DNA of 64,000 bases. It comes from Anthoceros angustus (taxonomy: Eukaryota; Plantae; Anthocerotophyta). Location: contig MU008210.1 of the NCBI GenBank assembly GCA_010909165.1, positions 186,001-250,000 on the forward strand, written 5' to 3'. The number at the start of each line of letters is the position of its first letter. Position 1 is the stretch's first letter. Shown piece by piece: positions 12,757 to 23,720 of this stretch. Below the pieces are notes generated by a model. The model saw only the letters and a list, made by a program, of their open reading frames with translations. It did not search any database and was not told the DNA's origin. The position numbers and the translations under genes are program-made.

Positions 12757-12876
12757 TGCGTTTGTGGGAGGATGATGATGAGGAGCTTATGCTTCTGTGA
12801 TGCAATGGGGTTTTCATTTGTTTTGCCTTACCCCTCCGCAGCTCGAGCAACTCGTATTGTGCAAAGTGTGCTGGAA
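12757..12876 (+). pseudogene. PHD finger at the integrase C-terminus
   Basis: C-(x)-VCGR..DDEELMLLC(D).CN.GFHLFCLTPP.....YCAKC gives the C4HC3 spacing with 2-3 small indels. Confidence 0.8.
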
Positions 12877-13091
12877 ATGCTTTTCGAGATGATATTTATT
12901 TCTGACATGTGATGTTGGGGTGTGATGGAATTGTGTGGACCTTTTGTTTGCTAGACGCACCAGCTTTCCATTGTGAATGCGGCCAGGAGTTCTAGGATTC
13001 TTGCTGGCCTCATTCTTGGTTCCATGTGGCATTTGTTTCAAACGTTGCGATGCCTTGTTTCTTTCTTTTCGATTGTTTCTGCCCGTCCGGG

Positions 13092-13228
13092 GTAGCATAG
13101 GTAGAATTTTAGCACTTTTCTTTTGTTTGGCCTCGACAGCCCTCTTTTCCCTTGCACAAGGCCGGGTGAAAACCAGAAGAAGTGTGAGCAAGTCTGGTTT
13201 TGCATACGACGGTGATGAAGACGCCGAC
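13092..13228 (+). repeat. Repeat B1
   Basis: gtagcataggtagaattttagcac...gacggtgatgaagac, colinear with 13715-13864. Confidence 0.88.
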
Positions 13229-13232
13229 GGTG

Positions 13233-13714
13233 GCGTGGCGATGCTAGAACTAACTCTTAGAAGCTAGGGCTTAGCAAGTAGGTTTTGTTAGCTTAGTTTA
13301 ATCGGTACCGATAATTACTAAAATGCCCTTAAACAGAAAGTCGGAAATAACCGCAAAAATGGCCAAGCTTGGGCAGTCTCCCTCTCACACATCGCGTGGG
13401 AGAAAGCGAACATGATCACTCCAATCCAGATGCCGGCACCAAGAGTGTGGTGCCCTCATATCACGCAAGGTGGTTGCAAGGCGTTGCGGAGCACAAGAGA
13501 CACTGGGTGGGCTTGTCGAAGTCCCTAGGAGGAACGCTAATGAACACACAATTTTGTTGTTGTCGAATTTCTAGGCTGTAATGCAAAGACCTGTGTGTGT
13601 GGCGCCATTGTGGCAATGTGTGTAATGTGCGGTGTTCGCGGGACTTATCACTCTAGGCGGCGTGTAGGGCAGCCTTTAATTTTCTCGAATGAGCATCGTG
13701 ATGGTGCATGTCTG
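13233..13714 (+). repeat. Repeat A2
   Basis: Direct copy of 5361-5857. Confidence 0.92.
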
Positions 13715-13864
13715 GTAGCATAGGTAGAATTTTAGCACTTTTCTTTTTGTTTGGCACAGACGGTGAGCCCTCTTTTCCCTTGCGTGAAGGCGGGTGAAAC
13801 CGGGAAGAAGTGTGAGCAAGGCTGCTTGGTTTCTTGTTCTTGTTGACGGTGATGAAGACACGAC
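13715..13864 (+). repeat. Terminal repeat B2
   Basis: Direct copy of B1; ends at the right junction with the host copia. Confidence 0.88.
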
Positions 13865-14760
13865 GGTGTTCCTTTCAGTGTCTGAACACACGCTTAAGAC
13901 TTGTCAATGCTCGCCCACGGATTTTCCAAGAGCTGGGAGAGTACACTTATAGAATAAGCTATTTCAAGTCTCTGCCTCGTGTTACTAGCGATATAAGCTT
14001 GCCAACACCTTGTCTGGCGCCTCTTCATCATTCTTTCTCATCACGTAGTTGGTGACATAGCCTTGCTAAGTTTGACTTGCTTTGCCATGGGTGTTGATGC
14101 GGGCTTGGCATCCTTTAAACCAGTACCGGCACAATCAAGAGGTAAGCGTGGTTGAGTAAGAGTCATAACCCGTTGTTTTCTATCCCTCCTCAATGTGTAT
14201 TCCAAAGGCAGACTCTTGTAAAGGGTCCCAAAGCAGGACATCTTAAACTTAGTGGCCAACACATGCTTGTTATAAAGGCACATCGATCGCGGGCGATGTC
14301 GGATCGTCCGTAGGCGCGGATAGCATATAACCTCTCCTTTTGAGTATATGTAGGCTCATGCACTTTGGCTCTTTATTGAATCCAAGCGTAAAAGTTACTC
14401 AGATCTGTAGGGTAGCATTCCATTTCATAGCTGACTGCTTTAACCCATATAGACACTTGATCAGCTTACAGGCATACCCATCAGCTTACCCTTCACTACA
14501 TATCCAGGCGGTTGCTGCATGTATATTTCTGTGTCTAATTTGCCGTATAAGAAAGCTGTTTTGACATTGTACATTTGCAACTCATAATCGTAATATGTGG
14601 ATATGGCAAGTATAATTCGAAGAGTGGACAACTTGACTACTGGAGAAAACGTTTCAAGATAGTCCAAGCGGAGATCCAGAGAATCCCTTGCCGCAAGCAG
14701 GCCTTGTAACGATCAAAGGTACCATCTGCCTTAACCTTTAGTTTGCACTCCTGATGAGGA
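13865..14760 (-). pseudogene. pol: Copia A reverse transcriptase
   Basis: KLKVKADGTFDRYKA.L; DYLETFSPVVKLSTLRIILAI; NVKTAFLYGKLDTEIYMQQPPGY (ORF 14461-14667). Confidence 0.93.
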
Positions 14761-14765
14761 ACATA

Positions 14766-14992
14766 CCTGCCTCATCCTTTGCATCCCATGCATCAATTAA
14801 CTTTTTCTCAAGTGTAGGTAATATGGGAGTGTGGGGCCAGGGCCTTCTCTTCTACTACCTTCCATAACTTCCTATTTTGTAAGGCCCTTTCATGCGGATT
14901 ACCCATATGTCGTAATCCTGACCTCCAAACCTATCTTTCTCCTTGAACCCTTCCCCACCCAAGCTAGATGAGGTATTCACTGCAGATGCCAT
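14766..14992 (-). pseudogene. gag: Copia A Gag N-terminus fused directly to RT (internal deletion)
   Basis: MASAVNTSSSLGGEGFKEKDRFGGQDYDIWVIRMKG...LWKVVEE...AWDAKDEA, homologous to copia B gag FKEKDRFNGRDYDI. Confidence 0.8.
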
Positions 14993-15479
14993 TTTTCCTC
15001 TTTGGTATTTTTGGGTTAGCTACTCCCAAAATTACTAAGATTCGGTGATGGCTTTGCAGGGGTTAGAAGACTCAAGACTTCAAACATGTAATGCACATGG
15101 CTCGATTACATATGTTGACAAAGATCGAGTCTCGCCTCTGATTCTAATGACTCTTGTTGTTGAATTGCTTACGATTTTTGATTCTAATCTCCACTTATTG
15201 TAAGCATATATAGGCGGGATGGACAAGAATTAGGACTTCCAAACATATGTTTTTACTTGTTTTCGTTGCATGCTTGCAGGCTACACCTACTGAGGTTAGC
15301 AAGCAAAGATGGTTTTAACAAGGTAAGAAGCTTGAAATCCAAGTGACTTATCCGCTCTTGCAAATCTCTCAAGTCTACATTGTTGTGATACCTTGTGCAT
15401 GATACTAAAGCGTGTGTCCACATGTTGCTTGGTGACTCAATCCTGTTCACTAAGCAACCGGCGGTGGAGAGACATGCGT

Positions 15480-15680
15480 TGTTAGAAAACCTCTAGGGTT
15501 ACCATTCCCATCAAAGGCTCTCGAACACGAACACGGGAGATTGTCGGGATTGCGGGTGGAAGGGCAATCACCAAGTGGCGCCGGGATAAATCACTTCAAT
15601 CAAGGTATTGAAAGATTCCCTTACTTCAAGTGCAAGGACAGTTGGTCTTGTATTGTAGCAATCCATTCGGTCACATGTTG
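15480..15680. repeat. Possible truncated 5' LTR of copia A
   Basis: Starts TGTTAG, the inverted match of the TTAACA end at 3771. There is no overlap with the other LTR piece and no recognisable PBS. Confidence 0.3.
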
Positions 15681-16106
15681 ATGAAGCACTCCTCAATCGG
15701 CTCCAAATTGGTAGGCCCATTGCACCATACACCCATCCCAATTGGATATTATCCTCCTCGCCACTTATCCACTAAATCACGGGGTTGAGCCACGCAAAAC
15801 ACGTAAATTGGGAACACGATAATATTTGAAGCGGTGAATACTCGAAGCCACTTGAAACCGGACCAATTTGATTCAACATGGGTCCCAAAACCCATGATTC
15901 TTAATGTTCTCGGTTTATTTGGGTCTTATTCTTGCCCTCGCGGTTTGGTCCGTTTGGACAAAATTTTGCCTCGGTATGGTGCAGGCGCATGTGTGTGGGC
16001 GGCAAGCATCGCCTAAGAAACTCAACAACTAATATAAAAACTATAATTGGATCTCGAACTCGCGATCTATGATTCTTTAGAGTTTTTACCACTTTACCAA
16101 CTTTAG

Positions 16107-17417
16107 GAGACAACAAAATTTTATGATATGCAAATAACATATATCAATGAAGGTGCCAATATGCTAGCACCCTATGCTCTTATGCTCCCTCCATAGGGGC
16201 GGCATGCGGCGTCCTTAAATAGGTTTTCTATGGAGCGGTGCTGCGTTCGCATTAACACTAGGGCTTACAACCACTTGTCACTGCACCCATGCACATTATG
16301 ACTTACATATATTAGGCCACGTCGCTTGCGCAAGAGAATGAGAAAAAACACACCACCTTTCACACTTCCGATCACAGCCTTGGTCGCTCACAAAGATGGT
16401 GTCCAACATACAAAAAGCGTATTCAATTGCTATGACCTCTGCAGAAAGATAGTCGCGGCCTACAGACTCGAGAATAGGGAAGAAACTTGGCGTGTCATGT
16501 CTCTCTTCTCCATTCCGATTCAAGTGAAATTTGAGATCATGAATATTAGGGCATGGGTAATTTCAAGCGGCGTGTAGAAAACCTTTGAAATTTAAAAATA
16601 ATTTCCATGATTTTGAGGTTGTGGAATCCGCTCAGGCGAGGCTGCCCGTGCCCAGGCAATTGATTGGCCATTCATCGAGCCAAATGTTGTTAAATGTTCA
16701 TTGTATTTATATAAATATGTCTAACAATCTACACCAGATTAGGTTGTCCTAGCGCATATCTCCGAGATTGCTTTAAAACAATCCAGACAAATGCGCCAGA
16801 TCACTTAATTTGCGGAATTGTTGGATTTTATATAAATAAACAACACAAAATATGTTCTTTAAAAGTTTTGTTTTCTTGATCAAGAAAACATTTTTCTAAA
16901 TCAAAAGAACAACAAAATTTTATGATATGCAAATAACATATATCAATGAAGGTGCCAATATGCTAGCACCCTATGCTCTTATGCTCCCTCCATAGGGGCG
17001 GCATGCGGCGTCCTTAAATAGGTTTTCTATGGAGCGGTGCTGCGTTCGCATTAACACTAGGGCTTACAACCACTTGTCACTGCACCCATGCACATTATGA
17101 CTTACATATATTAGGCCACGTCGCTTGCGCAAGAGAATGAGAAAAAACACACCACCTTTCACACTTCCGATCACAGCCTTGGTCGCTCACAAAGATGGTG
17201 TCCAACATACAAAAAGCGTATTCAATTGCTATGACCTCTGCAGAAAGATAGTCGCGGCCTACAGACTCGAGAATAGGGAAGAAACTTGGCGTGTCATGTC
17301 TCTCTTCTCCATTCCGATTCAAGTGAAATTTGAGATCATGAATATTAGGGCATGGGTAATTTCAAGCGGCGTGTAGAAAACCTTTGAAATTTAAAAATAA
17401 TTTCCATGATTTTGAGT
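16107..17417 (+). repeat. Near-identical direct repeat of about 510 bp (16107-16617 and 16908-17417) with a 290-bp spacer
   Basis: Both copies give identical ORF translations (16296-16523 = 17095-17322; 16326-16577 = 17125-17376). Confidence 0.95.
16296..16523 (-). pseudogene. Possible remnant of a hAT C-terminal dimerisation domain (duplicated at 17095-17322)
   Basis: FPILESVGRDYLSAEVIAIEYAF...SLAQAT...ICKS loosely resembles P.L...ARDYL...ATS...ER.FS...R.SL...T..AL.C.KSW; weak. Confidence 0.3.
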
Positions 17418-17555
17418 TCAAGTATACAAATTATTAGAATAAAGGAATTTAAACCAAACCAATCACTTTTACAACACATACTATGCTCTCATTTCGATAC
17501 ATATATTACCTATTCCCTACACAACATGAAAGTTCACCTTCAAAGGGCGGCATGC

Positions 17556-17614
17556 ACCTAGAGAACTTGAACTCAAGACCTCTTATTTCCAACTTAGCTT
17601 ACCACTCCATTAAC
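17556..17614 (-). other. tRNA-like Pol III head (possible SINE remnant)
   Basis: Reverse complement has A-box-like taatggagtgg and B-box-like agttcaagttc 28 nt apart. No cloverleaf verified. Confidence 0.25.
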
Positions 17615-18780
17615 TTTCCCATATACAAATAAGCTGAGGCACAAGCGGGGTTCTTGCGCTGAGTGTGTCACTTGTGTTTGGGTCTTCAGCCCTCATTGTA
17701 CATAATGACATACCATATACTGGATTGGATGTATATGCATATAGAAATAGCAGTATGCATTCCCGATCTTCTGAGAGATAGTGCCCATATTCATTGGTAG
17801 TTTGAATGGCATGCACTAACGACATGGGCATCATTTCCATTAAAACAATGGTCTACACAGCCAGGTCAAATCCTTGTCTACCATTGTAACCCCTAAAATA
17901 TATAAAATTCTCTCGACACCTAATTGTGTGCCTTCGGTATGCTCAAATACACATTTCAATGCCCATCGAAAACCCGTTTACGCGTATATTCGTCAAAAAG
18001 CTTGATGTATATTCAGCCGCTTCAAATATTATCTTTGTTGGGGGGCATTACAAGCTCATTTCCCACAGGCGGGCAACCTTTGCCGCCTTCTTCTACTGCT
18101 CGGGCATGGTGCTTGGCTCCTCTCCAAGTGCTTCAAAAGAAATTACTTTAGCGGGGCTTCAAATTCCACACCTGGTACCTCTTCCTTGTTGTGTAACACC
18201 TCTCACTGCGACACCACGTTAGCCTGGTTGAGTCTCTTGCCGCTTCAATTTCCTCTCGCGACTTCGAGCGAGGCGCGCGGTAAACAATCGGGGCTCCTTC
18301 ACCTTTTGACTTCCTCAGTGATGCTCCAACCTATGTTTCTGGCTTTAAACTCGCCTCTAGCACCCGGCGTTTGGCGCTCCTCCGGTTGCCTGAGCTTGAA
18401 AAAACTCCCACGCTCCGGGATCTTTGGATGTCTTCCTCTTCCGCTCCCTTCGGCTCATTAGGCTCTCTCTCTTTCCTCATTTCGCGCCGTCTTCTTCTTG
18501 TCGCAACCGGCAGCGGCGATAACCGGTCTACCTCTTCCTTCACTTTCTTCTCCTTCTCGCCTTCGTCCCAACCCGGTCCGCGAAGTGGAGGAGGAGCTGC
18601 CAAAATCGCACTTTGCCCTCTTTAGATGTCTGCCACCTGGAGGCCTCGTAACCCTAGATTGGGTTTCCCATTCCTAAATTCCTAATTTCCTATTTCCCTA
18701 CCCTATGCATATCCCCAAATCAATTACCTTCTAATTAATCCTATTCATCTATTCCCCTATTGGTGAGCATATATAACCAA

Positions 18781-20880
18781 CTCCTCGTCGAAATCGAGGT
18801 AAATGGCCTCAAGTCGTTCTCCGGTTTTCGGCGAGAAATAAAATCGTGCAGTCTTGCTTTCACAGCCTAGTTTCTCGTCGTAATCAATTCTTGCAGCGAT
18901 GGTACCCATCGGCAATCCTTCACGGTGCGTCGGCTTGTTGACAAGGTACTTCAGCATAAAATGGTCAACATGGAGCGTCACTTTGCAAGCAAGCGGATAG
19001 TGTCTAAACTTCTTACGAGTAAATGATACCAAGACCCTCCGCTCGGTGGTTGAGTAGTTCTTTTCAGCATCCATGTCTGGCATAGAAAATCGGATGATCC
19101 GTTTCTTCGTCCTTCGCTTAAGGCGGTCCCAATGGCATAAGCGGACACATCCACGTATCATGAAGCGGTTTCTCCCAATCGGCGGTTGTAACGTTGGCGC
19201 TCACTAAGCTGTCCTTCATTCTTTGAAAAGCCTCTGTCTTGCATTGGTCCATTCGAAGGTGTATCCTTCTTGGTCAATTGTGTCAACAAAGCCTTCTTGG
19301 CGAAATCCTTGATGAACCTCTGTAATATCCTACCAGCCCTACAAAAGCACTTTGTCTCACCGTTTGTGGTGCGTCCATCTCGACTATATTTTTCTCCTTA
19401 TCTACACCGCAATCCTCGTCTGAGACTCGATGTGCTAACAAAATGCCCTCCGTCATACCAAAATAACACTTCCCGGATGAAGTTTCATGTTCGACTCTGC
19501 ATTTTGGAAACATTGTCTCAAATGGTCTAGATCACGGGTTCCTCCTTGCAAATCATCTAGGAATACCTCCATGAACTTTCTCGGAAAATCTCGGAATATC
19601 GCGTTCACCACCGTTGGAAAGTGGCGGGGCATTGCACAACCGAAGGAGCTTGAATAAGCGTAGGTTCCCCAATCCGTTGTGAATGTTGTCTTGTCACGAT
19701 CCTCCTTCCTTAGATTGTACCGAATACCGTCAAGCTGTACATCTCATGTCGACTCTGTCCGGCCTTTGTCCATGAAAGGCAAAGGGTGATGATCCTTCTT
19801 CGTTGCTTCATTGAGCTTCACGAAATCTTGGCATGCGAACCTTTCCTGCTTGCTTCTTTGGTACAATCACGATGCCGACCCACTCGCTAGTGAGCCGGGT
19901 GGATTACTGACCTCCAAATATTGGTCGGTGATCCTTAACAACCATGGAATACTTGGGATTCTGTTGCTTGATCCTCACAGTCTTGCCCTCCTTCAAGTCG
20001 ATTCGATGTATCCCCAGTTCTTCCGGTATTCCTGTCATGTCAGTAATTTTGAAGGCAAACACATCGACATACTCCCTAAGCACTCTGAAACTCTTCTTTC
20101 TCTGCCTAGATACCTAGAAACCTTGACTACCTTGCGGGTTCTAACTCTAAGTCCTCTGACATCGGGATCTACATATGTCCCTTCTGCTACCTATCTTGGT
20201 TCGGATCCCTCCTCGGAAAATCTCGATCATAGGCTTTACCCTTCAAAAGGCTACTCCTCTCTATGTGCCTCATCTTGACTCTTCTCGACTTCCTCTATGT
20301 GCAAGCATACTCCAAATCACTCTTTATTTGACCTCGGTGAAGGTCCCGATATGCTCGATCCTTTGCAGGAGCTTACCCGTGCTACAGGTGTACCCATCGG
20401 TGGATTGAGACTCCCCTCATAGGGAGCCTTGCTCCATGACACAAAAGCGATCACCGCAGGTCCTACCCTATTGGACTTGAAGGTGACGCCGCTACGACCA
20501 AAATCAAAGACACATGCAGTACCATACAACCAAGGCCTGCCTATCAAAACCTTATAGCCTAAATCCGAAACTGGCCGCATCACAATGTAAGTGAGATGGA
20601 AGGTGAGACCCCCAATCACAGTTGGTACATTCTTCAACACTCCCAATGGCTTCCTTCTTGTTTGGTCGGCCATCCGCAAAAACACTCGGGCTGGGTGGAA
20701 CTCAGTGAACCCAAGTTGATGAGCTGTCTCCTCCGTCATCAAGTTGACTCCCGATCCCGAATCCAATGGCACATTGGGCACCAAGCATCCTGCAATTTCA
20801 ACCTCAATCTCGGGTGCCCCCAAATCAACAAGTTCGACCACATTTACCTCCAGCCGTTTTCCTCACTCCACCTTGAGGAT
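18781..20880 (-). pseudogene. pol: Athila-like pol: protease, RT, RNase H (copy 2)
   Basis: PR VPLDSGSGVNLM...YKVLIGRPWLY (ORF 20317-20841); RNase H KKFRHYPLACKVTLHVDHFMLKYLVNKP. Confidence 0.92.
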
Positions 20881-20899
20881 TCCCTGATCGCCTCCTTCA

Positions 20900-23600
20900 C
20901 AATTTTGCGGGATCTCGGACTCACATAGCAAGCATCTCAAGCCCGACCACAAATTCGCGGTCAAGCAATGCGTCGGCCCAGGAGATCTTATCGACAAGGT
21001 TTCCTCCCGTTTGCAGCCACAGCGGTGATTCGACCTTATTGGTAAAGTTCCGATTCCATGGTCCCTCCTGGTGGGACCCTACCAGCGGATCAACAACCAC
21101 GCCACCTTCTTCTTCACGTGGGTGAGCTGTTAGCTCATCCTCCGGCATCGCGCCGCCGCGGATGTCGGAGGAGCAGCGTTCCTCTCCTTCCCTTGGCCCT
21201 TCTTCGCTCGCCCCTACGGGTAGGCACTGTCTACCGTAGTGCCGGACTGGGTAGTGCACCGTTCGGTTGGGTGGGCCCGTTCCTTCTCCTTCTCACGCGT
21301 CTGAACGCCGCGCGTTTCTGGAGGCCAGGGTGAGTCGTCCCTCACCTTCCTCCGCTTCCTTTCCTCATGCTCACGCCGTTTTTCCGCACTCCGGCCTTTC
21401 TCCCGTCGCCCTGATCTGGTGGTCACCTTGGCCACCATCAACCCTTCATCTGCGCTCATCTCTCCTTCATACCCTTCCTCCACAATTCCTGATGTCACAC
21501 TGGATTCGTCGAGGAAATCATACTCTGCCTCCACCCTCAACCTTGGCGTCGTGGTTCGGTTTCGGTTTTGGGGTGTCGTGCCTCCTCTGCCACGGTTGAG
21601 ACTGGTGTCTCGCGCCACTCCGAGCACACAGGATCCCCATCTTATGCCCCAATTCCTTGCATACTTGACAAAAGGGTACATAACCCACTTGCTTTCGTGG
21701 TTCCGGGCATTCGTTTGAGTAGTGACCTGGTGCTCCGCAATTATAACAGCATCCCTGTGGAATCGCCATTGGCCTCTGTGATGGATCTGGTCTCCATGGT
21801 CCTGGCGATGTCGGTCGCGATCCATACCTTGAGGGAACTGGTGTAGCAGGTTGGTAAGTCGCCCTCATTGATTGAGGTGGCCGACTTCCAGTGACCGCTT
21901 GCACCTGGTAAGCTTCATCCACATACCAATAATCTCCTGGCATGACGGTTTCCACATGATTTCTGACGCATTGGTGCGAATACATTCTGTTGGTGTGTCC
22001 CGTTTGATGACAAATTGAGCAATACACCAACTGTCTCGCCGGTGAGGGAGATCTTCGTGGAGCTTGATTCTTCACAGCTTTGACCTCTAACTCGGTCAAT
22101 CTCTTGGTCAAAGCCTCCACTTGTCCCGCAATTCCTCCTCCTGCTGCGGACGTTTCTCCCTTCTCCATCCGACGGACCGTCTTCCTTTCCTCTCCTTCTC
22201 CAGCGCGCGTTCCGCCTCTTCCTGCCTTCTTTTGACCTTCTCCAGGTCCTTCTTCATTCGCCGTTCGTAGGCCTTCTCTGATTCTTCATCCGATGTGGAG
22301 CTTTCTTGAGTTCATTGTCCTCACTTTCGATGAGGGCGAGGCGAGTGGAGGCGAGGCTGTGGAGGCGAGGAAGAGAGGAGCTAGATCTCCTCGACCCTTT
22401 CCTCTTCTTATGACTTTGCCTCTTCTTCCTCCTCCCCAACTCGGCGGACTCCCATTCCTCGGCGGAGGCTCCTGCGTCTTGTCCACGTCTGCGGTGTACC
22501 TCCATTTTTGAGACAAGCCACTCACAAACCAATCCAACGCTTGCTCTTGTGAGTACCCAGAGGTGGGTGGATCTCCCGGCCTCTCGGGTGCACATTTCGG
22601 AACTCGATCCAGATATCCGTAAAACCTTTCCACATAATCGAACAAAGATTCTCGCTTCTTTCTACGAAGGGTCCTCAGCTTTGCCAAAGTGTGGTGTGCG
22701 TAGCTGAGCCCTCTGAACCGATTCAAGAAGGCCGCTTTGAGGGCTTCCCAATCCGTCGGCGCCACCGCATTGTAGGTGCGACCATACCCTTTATTGTGCA
22801 TGCCCTCTCGGCGGTCCGGAAGATCGTGATCGATCGGCGACTCCATCCTCCAAATTAGCGTGGGAGGCGTGCTCAAAGTTCTTACAAGCGCCTCGCGTCA
22901 TCTCCCTTCTTCTTCTCGCCCGAATTTGACGTCTTCTGGCGGTGGGCTGGCGGCTCCTCCTCCTCCACACTCATGTTGCTCATCGATCGTTACTGCCCCA
23001 ATGCTTCTTCTTCCTTGGGAACGAAAGCAGATCGGGATCTTTGGGTCGAAATCTGACCAGCGGTGGAGTAGCGACCTCCCTGTGGTCCAAGATCGATCGG
23101 TCGTGATCGATCGGGGGCGTTCCGCCAAATCCTCCGACCGAGCTGAAATTCCCACTCTTGGCGACCTCGTCGTCATATTCATTTGGAAGTTGGGGTGGTC
23201 TCACGCTTGAGGGCGTCGTGGAAATTCGCGGCGGTGTGAGTGGGTCTCGGTCGCCTCTTCTTTGGACACCAATTCCTCTCGACCTCCTTCCTCTCAGTCG
23301 GTGATCTCGCCTCTTCCTCCTCCAATTCTCCGTCTGCGTTCGCCTCCCGTTCTTGAGTCAAGGCGACTTCTTGACCGCCCGTAACTCCTTCCTCTGCTCG
23401 GGTAGCGGCGTGACTCTTCCCTCAAGCGATTTCTCCGTAGCTCGTCGTCCTTGCGGTGGCGGTGGTGGTGACCTCTTGCGTCTCCTCGAGATCGACCCTA
23501 CGGACATGCAACCTCATGTCCTCCAACCCACAGTCGTTAAGAAGGAAGCAACCCACACCCTTTAGTGTCTCAACCATTCACCCCTATGACAACTTAGACG
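20900..23600 (-). pseudogene. gag: Athila-like gag with zinc knuckles
   Basis: TDWEALKAAFLNRF...LRTLRRKKRESLFDYVERF; CSICHQTGH, CYNCGAPGHYSNEC and CQVCKELGH. Confidence 0.88.
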
Positions 23601-23705
23601 GTGCGGAACTCCTCCTTCACAACATATGGTCGACCCTCAGTCCCTTTGAAAAACACTCTGCAGCCTAGCGACGGAAACCACAAAGCTTCAAGCTTTCAAC
23701 AACAA

Positions 23706-23720
23706 ATCCCGACAGCGCCA
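23706..23720 (-). promoter_or_regulatory. Primer-binding site, tRNA-Asp-like
   Basis: Reverse complement tggcgctgtcgggat next to the LTR, close to the Athila-type TGGCGCCGTTGCCGGGGA. Confidence 0.6.

Larger units (their letters stand above)
5361..13864 (+). mobile_element. Ty3/gypsy element encoding gag-PR-C5 DNA methyltransferase-RT-RNaseH-INT-PHD, with split-direct-repeat ends, nested in copia A RT/RNase H
   Basis: Host copia reading frame rejoins across the insertion (VFR.LKGTP|TPRLGITY). GGTGT is duplicated at 5356-5360 and 13865-13869. Domains are listed separately. Confidence 0.9.
15813..18039. mobile_element. Non-autonomous TIR DNA transposon
   Basis: TIR aaca.gataatatttgaagcgg-tgaata (from 15813) versus tattcagccgcttcaaatattatctttgtt (18010-18039). 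The gypsy ORF resumes on both sides (aattggg|...|gggcat); the TSD may be GGG. Confidence 0.75.

Noticed and set aside
5361-13864. Tyrosine recombinase or DIRS identity for the split-repeat element
   Set aside because: No R-H-x-x-R...Y motif was recognised by eye, and the RT and integrase are Ty3/gypsy DDE type. A PF00589 search would be needed to exclude it fully.
16189-16235. CTCCATAG...CTATGGAG hairpin as a Stowaway-like MITE
   Set aside because: 8-bp stem only, with no TA TSD.
17610-17900. 76-aa minus-strand ORF as a captured host exon
   Set aside because: No recognisable motif or splice signals.
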